Below, in pieces: positions 49,215-63,059 of a DNA stretch of 64,000 nt (positions are counted from its first letter, which is position 1; each line of letters begins with the position of its first letter). A program made the translations under genes and the position numbers. The notes below the pieces were generated by a model that did no database searches, had not been told where the DNA came from, and saw nothing but the letters and a program-made list of their open reading frames with translations. This DNA is from Dicyema japonicum (lineage: Eukaryota; Animalia; Dicyemida): NCBI GenBank assembly GCA_011109175.1, contig RDEW01000013.1, forward strand, positions 972,181 to 1,036,180. The letters run 5' to 3'.

Positions 49215-52200
49215 TCATTTAGTGATTGTAATCGACGATACTGCGTGAGATAAATAAATCATATTAAAATGACTAAAATAATGAAAAAATAAACCTAGCA
49301 ATATAACTAAATATCATAAAAAGCTGTCTCAGCTCACAGTCCTTAATCTTTAAGTGAAGTTTTCCAGAACATTCACAACTAACAGACATATTATCCCCTT
49401 TGATCTATAATCATAAACGAGCCAATACCAGACTACAACTAGAACATTCCAAGTCCTGCAGTTGATAGGCCAATACTTTTCCCTTAAGAATAGACAGTAG
49501 CCGAGTTTCAATAATAGTCATATCATAGGGTTGTCCACAATGCACAGAACTACACAGCAGCACTCCATCCTTTATATTATTATCTCTACACAAGTCAACA
49601 TCTCTCACAAGATTACAAACACAGCATGTCACCTGTAATACAGCATAATACATTAACCTCAGTTAACACGAATGATTTGGACGGATTAATGAAATTAGAT
49701 TTACTTGAAAATTCACTAACTCCGATCAACTTAAGTAAAGACATTCTCAATCCTATCACAACATCCTCAATGTTATTATCAATTCTGAGTATCTTGCACT
49801 AAATTAGCATGCTAACCTCACAAAGACATTTTATAAAAGCTAAACTCTCACTTTCCTCAGTAGAATCATGCAAGACATGATTGGAATGAGTAACAAATCT
49901 GCATAGTAAAATATAATAAACTTGAATAATCTTTCAGAGTTTTCACCAACAAAGATTATAATATTTTCTTTGAAATATTCTCTAATGAAAGTATCACCCT
50001 GACTAAGCATACTCTGGATATAAAAAATAGCAAATGACCTTAAAATCGAATTCCATTAAAGTTTCAATCTTTGTGAAATATTCCACCAATATATTCTAAA
50101 ATCAATAAAAAAATACATTAAACATGTTATGACTTTTGTTAGTGAGCACCTCAGCTATATTCCAGTTCATCATAATCTACATAATAGATAACACTACATT
50201 AGATTCAGTAGAGTAACAAGGAAGAGTAGAATAAAGGCCAGTCACACATGAATGTCTTCCAATGATTCCCCCATAATTAGCCTAATATATAAAAGCCAGC
50301 AAACAGTATCGTACCAAAGAAGAGCATTCCAAAGTCTAGAGCAAGTAATATCCAAGGAATGAAATAGTGGGTTATTAATGATATTTTTAACAGCATATTC
50401 AATATAATTAGTTGCCTCAATCATATCATATCTACCAGTTGATACAACCAATTTATTAAAGTCAGAATAAATAATGGATAATCCCATGTTTTGTAGTACA
50501 ATAGTAAGCTAAATTATATATAATATTACTTGATTTATTAATTTTCTTATTAAATTAAATATCATTTTAGCATAGGCGGGTTGGTACAACAGACTCTGTG
50601 AGGACTTAATCCACCTATACAGATGAATTAATTGATAGTCAGCAAAATGATTCCCTGTTTTCATTACATCATTTATTAATGATATCACCATTTTTTTCAA
50701 AATTATAAAATAATATAAATATTATACTGGAATGTTGAATATGCTATATTTGTGGAATAATTTTCATCATAGCCTTCTACCTTATTGTTACTTCCAGGGA
50801 TGTGAAATGAATTTAAATCAACTCCTTCTAACGCGTTTATTCGTTGTGACTAATAACTAAATAATCAATAAACCTGTAATAAGGCAGTAACCGCCACACT
50901 AGCCAGCTCCAATTCAGCCACAACTCCCAAATATAAACCAGGGTTATTAATCTCAAACTGATCCATATTATAATTTGTTAATCTTATGTCCAATACTTCA
51001 TTACCACCAAAATCAGGTTTTTCAGTCTCAGAACACCACAAAATATAGTTTTGCGAAATTAAATGACGACCAAATAACAAATCACAACCAAAAGTATAAG
51101 GATCAGATGGGTAATTACCGATAGGAATACTCAAATATCTACAATGATCTACCAAATTCTTCACGGTATCCCCCAAACACAAAAAATGACTTATCATTGT
51201 CCGAACTCCCACACGACTCCAATCGAGCACAGAGTAAAGTGATGGACTGTCCTGACATTTTATATATACAATTGGGATATTCTCACAAAAACCAAATACA
51301 TTATTGATCCACGTGCGATCTTAAATGTTAAAACAATAAAACCTGCAGACGAATGGACAACCAAACAATCTACCGACTTTTTAAGATCCCCAATAGATTT
51401 TGCAAGGACACGTGCTACTTTATCAATCGAATTTTCTGATTTAATGTTAAATTCAAAATCAACAGAGATGTCACATCTACGTTAATGAATGAATTACTTA
51501 TTTTGTCTCTCAGAGTTGTAAATGTTGTGAATATTAGGAAGTTGAGTAGGTTTAGCTTTATCAATAACAAAGACTTGTGCCTTAGACGTGTGCACATTAA
51601 ATAATCCGACAATCGTTTTTGTTTTACTATAATATAAAAGTAACCAATACATCGAATGTAAGTAAAAATAATGAAATGTTGGCAGGTTATCCCCCATTAA
51701 ATATCCATGGGAGGTGGCTGATCCCATTTCTAGTACTCTATTTGTAAAGTTAGTCAAACTCTAGCATTTCCTCATAAATAATACCTGATGTTTCTCTTTT
51801 CTTAATAGAGTCTTATTCACAGTACAAACACACCCAATGTCTAACAAAAATCTAAATTCCAAGGGTACACATGTCTCATATACTCCTTCAACTTCATCAG
51901 GACTCAAATCACCCAAAAGTTGACTATTTATATAATTTGGCCCAAACCTGAAATTGTCTCTAAATAGATATTCTGGGACATTATACTCGTATACATATTT
52001 AGACACTTTCGGGAGATATTTCTTTACTCTCACACAAACTAGTATAATAATAAACAAGACCATCACTATCTTCACTCTCACTTTGTCTGTTTATGTAAAA
52101 TCTTCTATAAAAATTAACGTTTAGTAAATGCAAATGACCATTTATAACAACCCACACTCTGAATAATCCATCATTTCCATCCACCTAAATATATGTTTAT

Positions 52201-55200
52201 TAAAACCTGGAGAATATTCCATGGGTAGTGTAATACATCAGTTGGAGATTTGGCTTTTCTTTTGATTGGGGAATCTACCGTCTTCTTAGCCTTTATTTTA
52301 CGGACGGTCTCCTGATGTTTCCACTTTCTTTTATGGAACATGATCCAATCTTTAATGCCCGACTACAATATAGTTAACAGTCACATTCATTAAAGGAGGA
52401 TCACCCAAAACGTCTCTCCAGTGACTTTCTGAATCAAAGTCATTCGATTTATTAAGTTTACTCTTCGACTCATAAATTATCTTAATATATATAAATATAA
52501 AACAGAAGAAGGCGGTCTCTTTTTAACTCCCTTTAGAAAAATTTGGTTTATTTTAGGTTGCCTTATCACATCCTGTTTCTGTAATAGTTTATTCTGAAGC
52601 CAGTCAGGATGGCTAATTCTAGGGACAGGATTGTGAATCTAGATCATCAATAAAACTACTCCTTGAAAAAAGGCCGGAATTGTTATAATTTTCTGAACAG
52701 TCCCAGCCAATCGTTCAATGTAATAATTCCAATCAATAATATGCCTAATGTCAAAATCACTTGAAATTGATGATAATTTAAGCCATTTCTTCAAATAGTG
52801 ATCCCTTACTCTTTTTTCTACCTGAAAGAGTACGAATGGAATAGCTCTACTATATTATTAATAATCATACCGTTCAGTAACCGGTGCCCCATTAGGATAA
52901 TTAGATATTATGTATTTGCAGTTCAATCCAGCATGACTAACAATGTCATCACCCAGAATCTCATAATTAGCAAAATGTACCTCAGCTAATCTTTTTGCTG
53001 TAGTTATTGATGTTGATTTTTGTTTTCCATAACTTTCCAGACCACGTGACATGTTTCGACTTTCTGTGAGGTATTCGAACAACTCAGAATCAGTTTGAGA
53101 CGCCCCCTTTGAGTACAAAATATCCAGCCAATAATTAGCAACTGATGCGGCACTATTATAGGCAGATTCGAGACTATCTCCATCCAAAAACGACTCAAAA
53201 ACAGAGGACTGAAAATTCTTTACCAACTGTAACTCTCCCCGTCGTTTAATTTCAAATCCCTTTAGTAAATGCAAGAATAAACTTTGAGTTCAACAAGATT
53301 CTTAGAGTGGTCAAATACAGCATATCGTTTCTTTAATTCCTTTCCCTCATATTTGGAAGCAGGGAGAATCATGGCCAAATATGGACCATCAATCTCAAAA
53401 AATATAGAATTCTCAGATCGAGTTGAATAAATGTATTTAGTTTCATCAACTAACTCCTGGTATTGATCATTTGTGAAGTTTTCCTATAAATTAGTGGTAA
53501 AAAAACCTTGACCATGTGATTTAATATTGAGTTAATGAGTGATATTGTTACTGTCTTTGTTGATGTCCTAAATTTAACAGAATCAGGGAAAGTGGATGGA
53601 ATAATGCACCAAATTCCATCAGTATCCAATTCTAATGGACGACTAGTATTAAATGATGTAACAACCCAATTCGTTCTATAATCTCCCTTGTTTTCTTAAT
53701 TATAGTAGAACCAGTGCTACAAACAATTCCAGCCATTTCCATACTAAACCAACGAGCACTACAGTAATAGACATAACAAACCCCTTTCTCATTACATAAC
53801 CATAGAATGAATTTAATAGGCATTTGTGAGCCAATTGAAGAGAGTCATATATTCTAACCATTTCATTGCACTTTTTAATATATTCTGTACTCTCTCTATT
53901 CTTGTTGGCATCTGACAGTTTATTTTCCACGTCTATAGTAATTATATATAATACCTTAATAGTCCCTTAAATGTGTATCTCCTATCTCTGAAATCCCTTA
54001 CAGTGTTTATATAAAAGGGATTCTCGCGTTGACAAACTGTGGCCTTCTTTTCCTTTACGAGTGGAATATGAATTCTACGATAGGCTTTCTGACAGTAATC
54101 TAATTTAATTCAAAATAATACCCTTCAATCGCTTATTCTTTAATGTTTGTTGTTCATCCTTTGGTAGTTGGTGAAATGGAATTCTTTTCCCTTGTTTTTC
54201 TGTAAAGATTTCCTCATTTTCCAATTGTTTGGTAATAAATTTAAGTTCCCCAGAGTTAGCAGGCACTACAATGTACAATATCCTTACTAATCTGTCCTCT
54301 CCATTTCCAAATCATCTCTCGCGTTGACAGTTTGAACCAGGTTTATTAAAGGGACACGAAGCACATTTAGCATCACTTGGAATGGCATATGGCTAAAATA
54401 TATAAGAGTATTAACCTGTAGTCTATTAGTCAATATAATATTTGGATACATAGCCCCAACATCCACATGGTATATCAATGGTGTACAAGTAAATGTGGAT
54501 GTTTTGAAATGTCCGATTCGTTTAAGTAAGTCATCATACACTTCATCAAAATCAATAATATCATTAAAATTAATATTGTGTTCCTCAGAGAGTGAGAAGT
54601 GTAGGACAGAATGAATGTTATTAGTTAACCATTCAACTGTGGATTCAGTCTTTAAATTATTATAATTATTACAATTCTAAATCTATATGGTATATCAGCT
54701 CTAAAAACTCCACTTTCCAACCCCTCCACGTGACCACCAACATATGTCTCTGATTCTATTACTTGTCCATCTTCAGTAAAACTATGTTCTTCTGCTTCCA
54801 TATGTTTGTTTGGGTAGATTATCCCCGCTTTAGTGGCCTGTGCCATTAATAGTACCTCACAGAGAGTGCCTGTCCCTTTTCTTAGAACCTTCAATATCAT
54901 ATAATAACAACCTCATCAGGACTGAATGGAATAATTGTGCATAATGAGAATATGAAAGTGTGAATAAAATTAATATAAAGATAATAAGTAGCTACAGCAT
55001 CAGATACAGAGTAAGCTGCAAATGATTGAGGATCCTCAACAGCCATAGAACACATATCTTCAGGGTCCACCTCAACTGGTTCATACTTTAATTTATTTCG
55101 GGTTACTTCCTTAAGTCCCTGACTCCCGATTGGTAAATAACTATCCCTCTTCACCCATCTAACATAACAGTAAAATAAACTTATAGCAATCCATGTTACA

Positions 55201-56328
55201 TGCACAACGGCAAATATAATCTCCCTGGGAATCCTTCTTTACTCCAATCTCATCATACATGCTTATATTGTGAAATGAAGCTCTAGCATCAATAAATGGC
55301 CTTAAACTAATAGAGCATAATTACCAATCAAAAAAATCCCCATTAAATGTGACAAATACATCAGGTTGGAGTTGTATCACATGGTCAAAAAATGTAGTCA
55401 ATACAGATTTCTGTTATTAATATAATTATAACCTCATCTGGTTGATTTATCATTGTAAACTGACCACCGATCCCAGGAATGGGCATATACTCAAAATCCT
55501 GAACATCATTAGGTACCACATCACGATTGATAATTAGAAATCCCTATGATGACTTAGACACGGTACATTTCCGTCAACAAAATACGAAATCATAATAATT
55601 TGATCAATCTGAGAGTCGGGGAACTTGAGAGGGAGTTTAGTGGTTTCAATATCAAAGGCAAAAATAGAAATATCCTAGAAATAAAACAAAAAATAAACCG
55701 CTCTGTCAGTTCTGGTAGTGTTTTTATAATAGACCCATCCTTTATCGAATACCAATGTCCAGCATATAAATCCATATCAATGGAGACTCGAACAAGGTAA
55801 GGTACGTCATATTCCCTATTGTGAGAGGGAAAATTACCTAATTTCTAATTTTTGTGATCTAAAATAAATACTGGTTTACTACTTTAGGTCGTTTCTCACT
55901 GTTTGCAAATCATCCATATTATTAAAGATACCTTTAAATATTTGTGTTTAATTCCCAAAATATTATCAGTCTATGATATAAGTTAATAATATAACATTAT
56001 TCATAAATACATCCTCACAGTTTGTTATTCTTCCTGAATGCTTTTTTATGGCCAATGAGAACTCATCACACTCCACGTAAAAATATGGTTTATAGGCAAT
56101 GTTAGCTTTTGTTACAATTCAACATACTTTAAGTTTGTTTCCATCCTCCTCCATAAAGTAAAGGTCCACTGATGACACAAGTTGACCATCCTCATCAGTA
56201 GTCACGCTCTACTCTAATAATATATGTTATACAATGTTCATATTGATTAACCAACCTTCCTTTTCTGATTTTTTGTCATATTCTTCATAGCCATATCTTC
56301 TGTCCAAGTAAATTCCTTCCTTTTGCAT
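49215..56328 (-). CDS. POLE: DNA polymerase epsilon catalytic subunit A, many micro-introns
   Basis: GWLINM, YKPYFY, REYDVPY, Exo [36 protein letters not shown], motif [26 protein letters not shown], and C-terminal CysA/CysB (CCVC...C..C; CSSC...CEC). Example introns: 56209-56232 (24 nt), 55816-55837 (22), 55411-55432 (22), 49273-49294 (22). Confidence 0.97.
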
Positions 56329-56989
56329 TTACCGACTATCAAGCTTTGTTTCCCACTATTTGATTTATTTAAATTTGATATTTTAAATATTAATTTAATA
56401 TTATTATTATTATCTTTTCGCTATTTATGATATTTGGAAATTTAATTTCCAAGTCTTTCTTTCCTGGGTTCCTGTAATTTTGCAAAGAATCAGGAAACCC
56501 ATTCGTGTGTTTCTGCAGAGATTGCTCGAGAAAGTAAATTGGGTCAGTCCTAAACAAGGATACCCAGATCAAGTTCCTTTGTAGCCATTTACGGAGTATT
56601 TATCGTTTTACAGTTGGGACATGGAAGATCACGCGAGAGGAGTCTTGGAATTAATGGAAGCTGGGATCACTTAATTACTCCTTTAAAATCTTTTTGGAAA
56701 TCTTGGGGTTCTTAAACAAATAGTAAAATAAAAAATTATATAGGTCACCTTGTGGAGAAAACTGTCTACATAGTAAAGTAATTCTTAGTAATAGCTACGG
56801 GACGAGCTGCCGTTCTCAGATTTTGTTGTTTTTTATAACTTGATTCGACAATAAACAAAAACCACTCTTCTTAGGTTTACGATCTTCCAACTGAATATAA
56901 ATACACCTTCAAAGAAGTGCACTGACCTCCGAAACTTTATACAATTTCGTGGATATTTAAGCTAAGACCGAAATCCAAGACTCCATGTT

Positions 56990-57300
56990 TCAAGAGTTAC
57001 TCCGATTTGACGACTCTTCAAGGTGGCTTATATTTGATCACGGATATATTCCACTCTTTGAAATGCGCACTAGTTTATGGCGGACACCCTTCCCACTGGC
57101 CTAGACATGGGAGACGGAAAGCGACCAGATGGAATTGTAATCTTTCCATTCAAGAAAGGGAAGCTATTGATATGAAATGCCACGTGCATCGACCCCCTTT
57201 GTCAATCCAAAATGTGTTGGGAGGGCGATAACTACGCTGTATGCCGCGGAGGCCAAGGAAAAAATGCAGTGCTGATTGACGGTTCACGTTCCGGTCCATT
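56990..57300 (+). mobile_element. CRE-like RLE fragment between POLE and the kinesin gene
   Basis: GDGKRPDGIVIFPFKKGKLLI*NATCID matches the RPDG...W..G..L.WD.T..D RLE motif. Confidence 0.7.
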
Positions 57301-57496
57301 GTAGTGAGACAACTGACGAAATAAGCGGGAAATCGCGTCGTTTCCTCTATTAGCTAAGCTTAAAAAATATTTTGTATTATAAATGTGAAATCGAAAAACA
57401 TTTTTTGAACGAAAATATCAGTCGTCGGTTTTGCAGGAAATTCTTTTAATTTCATCATTCATAATTGGCAGCACAGAAAGGAGAGGAGACATAATT

Positions 57497-59962
57497 TCAT
57501 TCTCCGTATTTAAAACTATAATCATAAAAATTGTAACTAGAAATTAGCTCATCCTTAAGAGGAGCGCTAGATTCGAAGGAAAACACAAATTTAAGTGATT
57601 TCTTTAAATCCCTCAAAGATCGCTTGTAGAAATATAACTCCTTCTCCAATTTGTGAGTTCTCGTTACCAGTGAAGTCTCATCACCACTATCCACCGAATT
57701 CTAGACTACTAATTTAGTACAACCTTGGACAATTTCCTTGAATTGATTAATTTGAGAAAGAAGACACAAAAGAGGTTCAATAAATCTTGAGGTTGTTTTT
57801 CACACATTCTACGGTAAAACGGGGGGTAACTTTAAGAATTCCATAAATGAAGAAGACAATATGGAGGAATCGAATTCTGTATGCATATTCTGCACTTGTT
57901 TGATCAAACTACTAATTTTGTTATGTAAATGATCAATTTCCATCAATTCAGCGACAATTTGGTCTTTGTCAGTCCCCGATCTCAAATTATCGTTAAAACA
58001 ACTCTATAATGCTGTTGACACATTTCTGGACATCCTTTTTGACCAATTGTCGACAGATTTGGTCAATTTTATTCAATTTTAGTAAATTATCATTTACTAT
58101 CGAGAATAGACAATTCGAATGATCTCTTTTTGGTGATCTTCGGAAATCATCGTTAATCAAATTTTGAATTTTGGCTGACTTTTCACGTTGAAACTTATCC
58201 ATAAAAGTCCATCGTCTAATTCCCTACGAATGATCCCAAATTACTACGTCACTATATCCTCCATGACTTTCCCCCAATGATGATTTGTTACATGAATTGT
58301 GGTGGATTACTCGTTTTCGCATCATTTTTGCCATTTTCTCGTTAGTATTTTTCAGAGATTCAATTTCACGCATTTTCTCATCAATTTCCAAATCTTTCTG
58401 TTCCATTACTTGACTCAACTGACAATAACTCAAATAAATACTCTTGAGTTTTCAATCATTAGATCGTTTACATTATGGGCATCTGTCTCACATATCTATT
58501 AATGTTAAAAAATAAATAAAAATAATAAAATAAAAAATAAATAAAAATTAAATAACCAATTCTTTCGATGTGTTTTTATCATTTAATCCGCTCATTTGTC
58601 TTATCAAGTACTCACAATGCTTTGAATGATTTTTTAGTCTAAATCAATTTTTAACACAAACTCATCAAAATGCTTTCTGGTTTTGTCATCATCTGTCTTT
58701 GAACTTTTCTCTAATTGCCTTCTAAGATCTCTTACTTGGCCCAAAAGATGCTCAAACTTGTTTGCATTCTTCACTGCTTTGTTTTTTATTTTTCTAGCCT
58801 AAACGTCCCTTATAATATAACCCGACTGGCATATTTTAGGGAGTTGAATGTTTCTTCTGTATTTTCGGCTGTGGGGCTCACACAGCAAATCATCAATGTC
58901 CTTGAATTCCCTCCCAAAGAGTCCTTAAGGTTTAAAAGGATAAGACTTTCAATATTCTAGTAATCTTTGAGTCTCTGTATGGCACGTGGACTGATTTTTT
59001 CTCGGAGAGCGCACTAATTACGTTTCCTAGTACTAGAAGGCCACTATTTATGTAGATTGATTCCTTTAGTCGAAGTCCACTGTTTCCTGTTTTATTAACT
59101 CGTTCTGATCCCGCCAAGTCAACAAAATTCATTTTTGAGGACAAAATATTGTATGTCGCAGTCTCTTCCTCCAAGTCTGTCCATTTCTGTTCTACCAATA
59201 TTGATTATCGATAACCAATGAAAATTGTGAAAATGGTATGCGAACGACTAGATCTGTCGTTCATTTGGGTGACTCCAGTAATCCTTAGATCAGTCCCCTG
59301 TTTTAAAAGGCTAATGATTTCCTCCAAGGTATCGCATAATATTTCCTCATTTCCAGCCAATACTGGAACTTAATTAAGGATAAACTCGTATTGCCTCTCT
59401 CATCCTCTCGAATGTGCACTTCTCTGTTTTCATTGCTAAGTAAGTCAAATACTTCCTCCTTGTAAACCTCCACGTAGGAGACTTTTATTGAAAAATCATA
59501 GTTTTCCTGTTTTTTCGATCCTTTAATAAATAAAAGCATAACCAAGAGTTGACTGTAAATAGAGTAAAGTGACCGCCAAATGATCCCCGATTCATCCCTA
59601 TCTTGTTCGTTTCCATTAATAGTGTAAGTCTTACCACTTCCCTATGAATATGGAATATCAGTACAGTTTGTCCGTAAGCAAATATTGTTGTATTATAGCC
59701 ATCTAGGAAACTCTGTATTATGGGGACTACACATGCATCGAAAATATGAGACTAAAGTAGTTTATAGCTGATACCTGTCCGATTTCCTTATTAAAAACGT
59801 AATCGAACGAAAAGGTATAATCTTTTCCATTTACAATAACAGTATCTTCAGCATATTGGGAGACACCATCGGACTCATAGTTGTCCAAAGAAGATCGAAT
59901 CTATTTGAAAATCACAAGGCTACTCTGACAGCGACTTTAACATTAGTCTCTCCATTCATCAT
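57497..59962 (-). CDS. Kinesin-4 family (KIF7/KIF27-like) motor with a coiled-coil tail
   Basis: [69 protein letters not shown]; 22-23 nt GT-AG introns (e.g. 59901-59923). Confidence 0.92.
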
Positions 59963-60049
59963 TGGTTGTTATGGAAAATACTTATTTATTAAAATTATAA
60001 ATTTAAATAAAAAATTAAAATATGAAACAAAATAATATTCTAAAGATTA

Positions 60050-61100
60050 TGTGGTTTGAATCAGCTAAGTTGTTGAAGGTGTCATTCTGTAACACTAACC
60101 AGGAGCTTGGTGATCGAAGATTTATATTTTCTTGGTTACTCATCTAATAAAGCAGTGTCAAGTGATCTAAACTGACCCCAGTGGGGGATGGATTAATAAG
60201 TGATAATTGACGTGGGTGTTTATTCAGAATGGTGAATATCCGAGATAATCATTATTGAAGTTATTTTTGGCTGATTTCCTACACTTGAAAATGACAACGA
60301 CATCCTTATTATGTACACCAATGATCTCATTCTGGTACCTCCACTCAGCAGCGATGGGGTTGATAATCACTTTGACTACCATCGACGACCACCTTATCCT
60401 AGAAGCTTTATGGAAGCAGTACGTCAACCATGCTTTTCTTACACATGCAATTAGTGGGGTTCATCCATTTTTGGGGGAAATGCCAAGATCACGATTACAA
60501 CTGGAGTCTCATGCCTACATCATCACGTGATCTAAAATCCATGCGATCAATGCTTAATGCCTTTAAAAACGATAACCGCCAATTCTAAAATACTATTGTA
60601 TAATCTGAGTCTTCCAAGTTGGATCTTGAGAGTTCGAGTGACTCACTAATTGTTTTTTTAATCGTACCTCGAAACATGTGCGAATAAAGTCTATTCGGTT
60701 AACAAGATTCTCCATTGACACCAAAAAATGTTGTAGTTCTTTTGAAAAAAAACAATGCTTGAAAAACAAAATACGTCAATGTCCTGATCCGCATGACCGA
60801 AGGCTCATGGAGCTAGAAATTATGATGATCACGCAAGAAATATTCAGATTAGAAAAAGTTAAGAAGAATAATTTTTGGATAGCTCAGTGCAGCGAATTGT
60901 ATCGAAAAAAAACCCAAACTTTTGGAAAGTGTTAATAAAGTAACCGGACGTAAACCCAGAAAAGAAATTTCACTGGACGTACACCCAGAAAAGAAATTCC
61001 ACTGGTCATGATGGACCTCCTGTATCTTTAGAAGAAATTCCTAACCTGTTTGGGAATGAACTCTCGAAAATACAGCAGATTAACCCTGATTGGGGACTGT
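60050..61100 (+). pseudogene. Possible decayed non-LTR ORF2 (APE end and linker)
   Basis: Weak remnants only (QYVNH...HHVI; KKNNFW...C..L..KK..TF). Confidence 0.25.
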
Positions 61101-61454
61101 CTCGTGTGGCCCTCAGTTCTCTAAAGAAAAGCTGGAAAAAGTAATTAGTTCTTTACTTCTACGTCACAGCCCAATAAATGCTGGAGTTGAAAATGCGGTA
61201 AATGCACTGAAGACAATGCTTCTGGAAGGGACAAGATATTCGTTTATTCAAGGAAGCACCCCAGGTACTCCATGAATATCCGGGATGTCTCTATGCGTGC
61301 AGTATCAGGTTGGGTCATATACATTCGCATTGGAAATTGACGGAGGTCAGGATGATACGTAAAGCTCCGCGCTCGCGACATATTTCTTCTCCCATCACTT
61401 AATATACAGAGCTTTTTCTTTATAATAACTTACTCTTCATAAAGAAAATTAGCC

Positions 61455-61552
61455 ACTAGTTGAACTTAACTGTTCTTTACTTAAATAGTGTGCATCCTGC
61501 CTATGCGGAGCTATAAATATTATGGCTCTCGTGAAAAGGCTGTTATTATTAA
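61455..61552 (+). mobile_element. 5'-truncated SINE (3' tail only)
   Basis: AACTGTTCTTTACTTAAATA...CCTGCCTATGCGGAGCTATA...CTCGTGAAAAGGC is the reverse complement of 63060-63147. Confidence 0.8.
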
Positions 61553-61853
61553 GTGATAGTCATAATCCAGTCAATTAAGAAAATATCCATTTTTCCGATT
61601 CCGCAATGAGATGTTCAATGATGACAGAGTCACTCATCAAGCCAAAAATCGTAGATGCGTGCAACCTTCAATTATAGTGCACACCAGCGAAATTCGAACT
61701 ATCAGACCTCCTCACGGCACTCGCTACACTGCACCATCGGCCAATTTAAAATTGAGTACAATATTCTCTAAATTTTGCATCAAATGCTTTTTTATAATTT
61801 GTATTTAAAATATTTAAATTTTTAAAAACATATTTATCATTATTTGTCTTGTG

Positions 61854-62705
61854 ATGTCCTCTTATTTCAGCTATAATTTCAAAATCCGTGAAGTACTGAT
61901 AAAAGACATTGAAAAGATTATAATTCAATTCAAAAATACCGAAGGTGTTCACAGTTTCTTGTATTTTTCCGAATTATGGAAGAAGCACAATCTATCCCAA
62001 ATTTTCATAGGAGACTATCTACGCTCTGAACTACACCAGGTTATTTACGTACATAACAATAGTACACAGAACTATGCTACAATGTGACATTCTACATTAT
62101 GAATAGTGACGAGTCATTATTTAATAAAATCGGGTCTATTTTCATGTTGTATTCTCTGTATCATCGACAACCATCTGAACCGCCAGTTAAGGTTGATTTT
62201 TAAATTTATAAAAGATAAGAATAACCACATTAATGTCAAATAATATTATCAATATTATTCCGGAAGCATTAAATAGTGGAGAATGTGACGTCATATATAT
62301 TATCAACAAGATGAGACATGAACAATGTTTTATGATGTGTCACACACTCTCTGAGGTTATAGTATTTATTATAAGAGAATTGCTTGGAATCGGCTGACGT
62401 TCAAACATATCACAAGGTTGATCAATTATCACGTGCTTTTATTGGACTTGACTACTGTAGTGAGACTGCATTTCAAGTTTGCATAATATTTACCAAGGAA
62501 ATTGATAATGTGAACGATAATTATCAACTTGTGAAGGCTAAATTACCAAAGAGCATTCAATTGAGGGATGTTATTGAATCCCCAGTAGAACAACTATCAC
62601 AGTTATTTAGTGGCTATATTGTAGAATTAACAATGATTCCATTAAAAAGAGTAATTTGTCAAAGGATAAGGTTTTCTGGGGTTTACCTTTAGTTATTCAA
62701 ATTGA
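61854..62705 (+). CDS. SNAPC1: snRNA-activating protein complex subunit 1 (SNAP43)
   Basis: Spliced product IKDIEKII.QF...SFLYFSELWKKHNLSQIF...KIGSIFMLYSLY.RQP..PPVKIRI...DVIYIINKM aligns with the SNAPC1 N-terminus (FEDFTELWRNMKFGTIF...RVGALYLLYGLYNTQ...QKIRV...DAAYIFRKL). Introns are 21-23 nt. Confidence 0.85.
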
Positions 62706-63059
62706 TTCGTGATGATGGTGACCTTAATATTGGGTTTGTTAGTTCGGATGGTAACTGAGTGTCCTATTACAAGATTTTTAGATTTATAACTTTGTAAAAT
62801 ATATTTAAAAAAACTAAAAAATATTTTAAAAAACTTTGTTCCCCGTAATTGTCGGAGTGTTATGTTAGAGAGGAAAATGTTGAGTGTTTTGAAAAAAATC
62901 GATCATTGAATTTTCTGGGGAGATTTTGGTGCTTATACCGTGCCTTTCTGTAAGACTCCGTCCATCGTAGTATAGCAGCTTTTGCGCTACAATCTTGGAC
63001 GAAGAAGACGATTTTGAGTCTTTGTATGTTTTCGTTAGTTCTAAGGAGAGATTAATAAT

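Noticed and set aside
49215-56328. POLE as a pseudogene
   Set aside because: All catalytic and Cys motifs are intact and the breaks I checked are single-base losses in homopolymers, the same pattern as elsewhere in the window.
56480-56700. Ty3/gypsy pol remnant
   Set aside because: Only vague similarity (GYPDQVP); no RT, integrase or LTR evidence.
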